A DNA stretch of 64,000 nt from positions 32,001 through 96,000 of IMG/VR virus record IMGVR_UViG_3300049427_000004; one strand, given 5' to 3'. Shown here piece by piece: positions 63,075 to 64,000 of the stretch (position 1 is the first letter of the stretch; the number at the start of each line of letters is the position of its first letter). The position numbers were made by a program, and so were the translations under genes. Source of the stretch: a virus. The notes under the pieces were generated by a model that saw nothing but the letters and a program-made list of their open reading frames with translations, was not told where the DNA came from and did no database searches.

Positions 63075-64000
63075 TCCATTATTTTATAATTTATTGATAA
63101 AATAGATATTTTACTGGCTGTATTTTATGAGATGTGCGTAGTATTCATAATCATTGTCAGTCGCACTCATAATGCAAGAATTAACTTTCATTCTTCTAAC
63201 TTTCCCATTGTCTACCCAACCTTCCTTACTTAAAGCTTCTACATGATTATCTCGTTCTTCAATGGTGCCATATGTGTATTCAACTACCTCATAATTATTT
63301 ATCTTTTTCATCTTATTAATCTCCTTTTAGGTATTGAAATGGTCATTTGATTACCCTATAACTTGCTGCCACTCGTCAACACATTCAGAACATTCTTTAG
63401 TCTCTTCGATTACTTGACCTTTGCTATTTACAGTGTATTTAATTGTAGAGTGTACACCACAAATATAGCACTTTCCGAAACCTTCTTTTTGCTCATACTC
63501 TCCTGTAAATATGGAGACATCTGGTTCAATAATTATGATTGACACATACATCATCCTTCCATAGATATGTGTATTTAGACCGTAAACCTTTGTCAAATAT
63601 ACGGTCTTGTTCCCTTAAGCCATTTGAGCCTTAATGAATGTCCCTGTAATCATTCCAGCCTGTTCGGTAGCAGCTTCTTCTGTCATTTGCAGTCTAACCA
63701 TTAAATCATTTTTTAGTTTGTTGAACAGTTTATCAGCGTTCAATTTTTTAACCTCTGTTACAACGTTTTGATTTTTCATTCATCATCGCTCCGTTTCGGT
63801 CGTTTTGTATATCCTTATTCTAATACTTTACATATATAAAGTCAACTGAATTATTAAAATTTCTATTTTTATCTTTTACCCTATAAAGTCTTAGTTTCAA
63901 GGGCTATGAGGCCACGATATTTAAGTGCTGCTGTTATAGTGAAATCTTGAACACTCAAAAAAAGTCGCCGTGATTAAAAGTGTCGGCTGTTATAGTAAAG

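Larger units (their letters stand above)
1950..63351. repeat. Dispersed family of about 50 degenerate 18-bp palindromes (WYRAAW-N6-WTTYRW) at gene junctions
   Basis: Read by eye. Starts at 1950, 3929, 4395, 5162, 8254, 8732, 10145, 15431, 16291, 18026, 20426, 20670, 21167, 21387, 21924, 23287, 23508, 24204, 25265, 25526, 25793, 26993, 27784, 28260, 28705, 29561, 29955, 30833, 31429, 31777, 32228, 36849, 39690, 45200, 48236, 48492, 50458, 50694, 51447, 51629, 51974, 53937, 54615, 56078, 56573, 56847, 57813, 60992, 62702, 63097, 63334. Examples: ATGAAA-GGGTAG-TTTTAT (10145), ATGAAA-GACTTC-TTTTAT (16291), ATAAAT-GTTCTC-TTTCAT (28260), ATGAAA-TTAGGT-TTTCAT (51974). A few copies deviate from the consensus at one or two positions. 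Confidence 0.85.

Noticed and set aside
1950-63351. 18-bp repeats as a CRISPR array
   Set aside because: Repeats are degenerate and separated by whole genes of variable length; no cas genes or constant-length spacers.

Overview
This is an AT-rich, almost entirely minus-strand early/replication region of a large SPbeta-like temperate phage or prophage. The host is in Bacillales, probably Paenibacillaceae (inference). No structural genes, integrase/att sites or CRISPR array are visible. Recognisable modules: primase, DnaB-like helicase and UvrD; SSB and a Sak4-like ATPase; a LexA-controlled Y-family polymerase with YolD; a macrodomain protein next to an Rnl2-type RNA ligase; Gam; Ku next to an ATP-dependent ligase; nucleotide-salvage genes; two HNH endonucleases; tRNA-Ile2 and an odd tRNA-like RNA; a YopQ/YopR (SroE/SroF)-like lysogeny repressor pair; and dozens of short hypothetical ORFs. 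Three unexplained features stand out. (1) About 50 copies of a degenerate 18-bp palindrome (WYRAAW-N6-WTTYRW, variable spacer) sit at gene junctions between a stop codon and the next RBS, the geometry of a cassette/recombination site or a repressor roadblock array. (2) A kinase-less Agr-like peptide signalling operon (AgrB, multi-TM membrane protein, AgrD-like peptide, receiver-less LytTR) lies directly downstream of the YopR-like repressor. (3) An antitoxin-less MazF/EndoA lies behind a LexA box, while an intergenic motif containing the EndoA target UACAU recurs on the transcribed strand. All family assignments come from motif recognition by eye; no database search was run.
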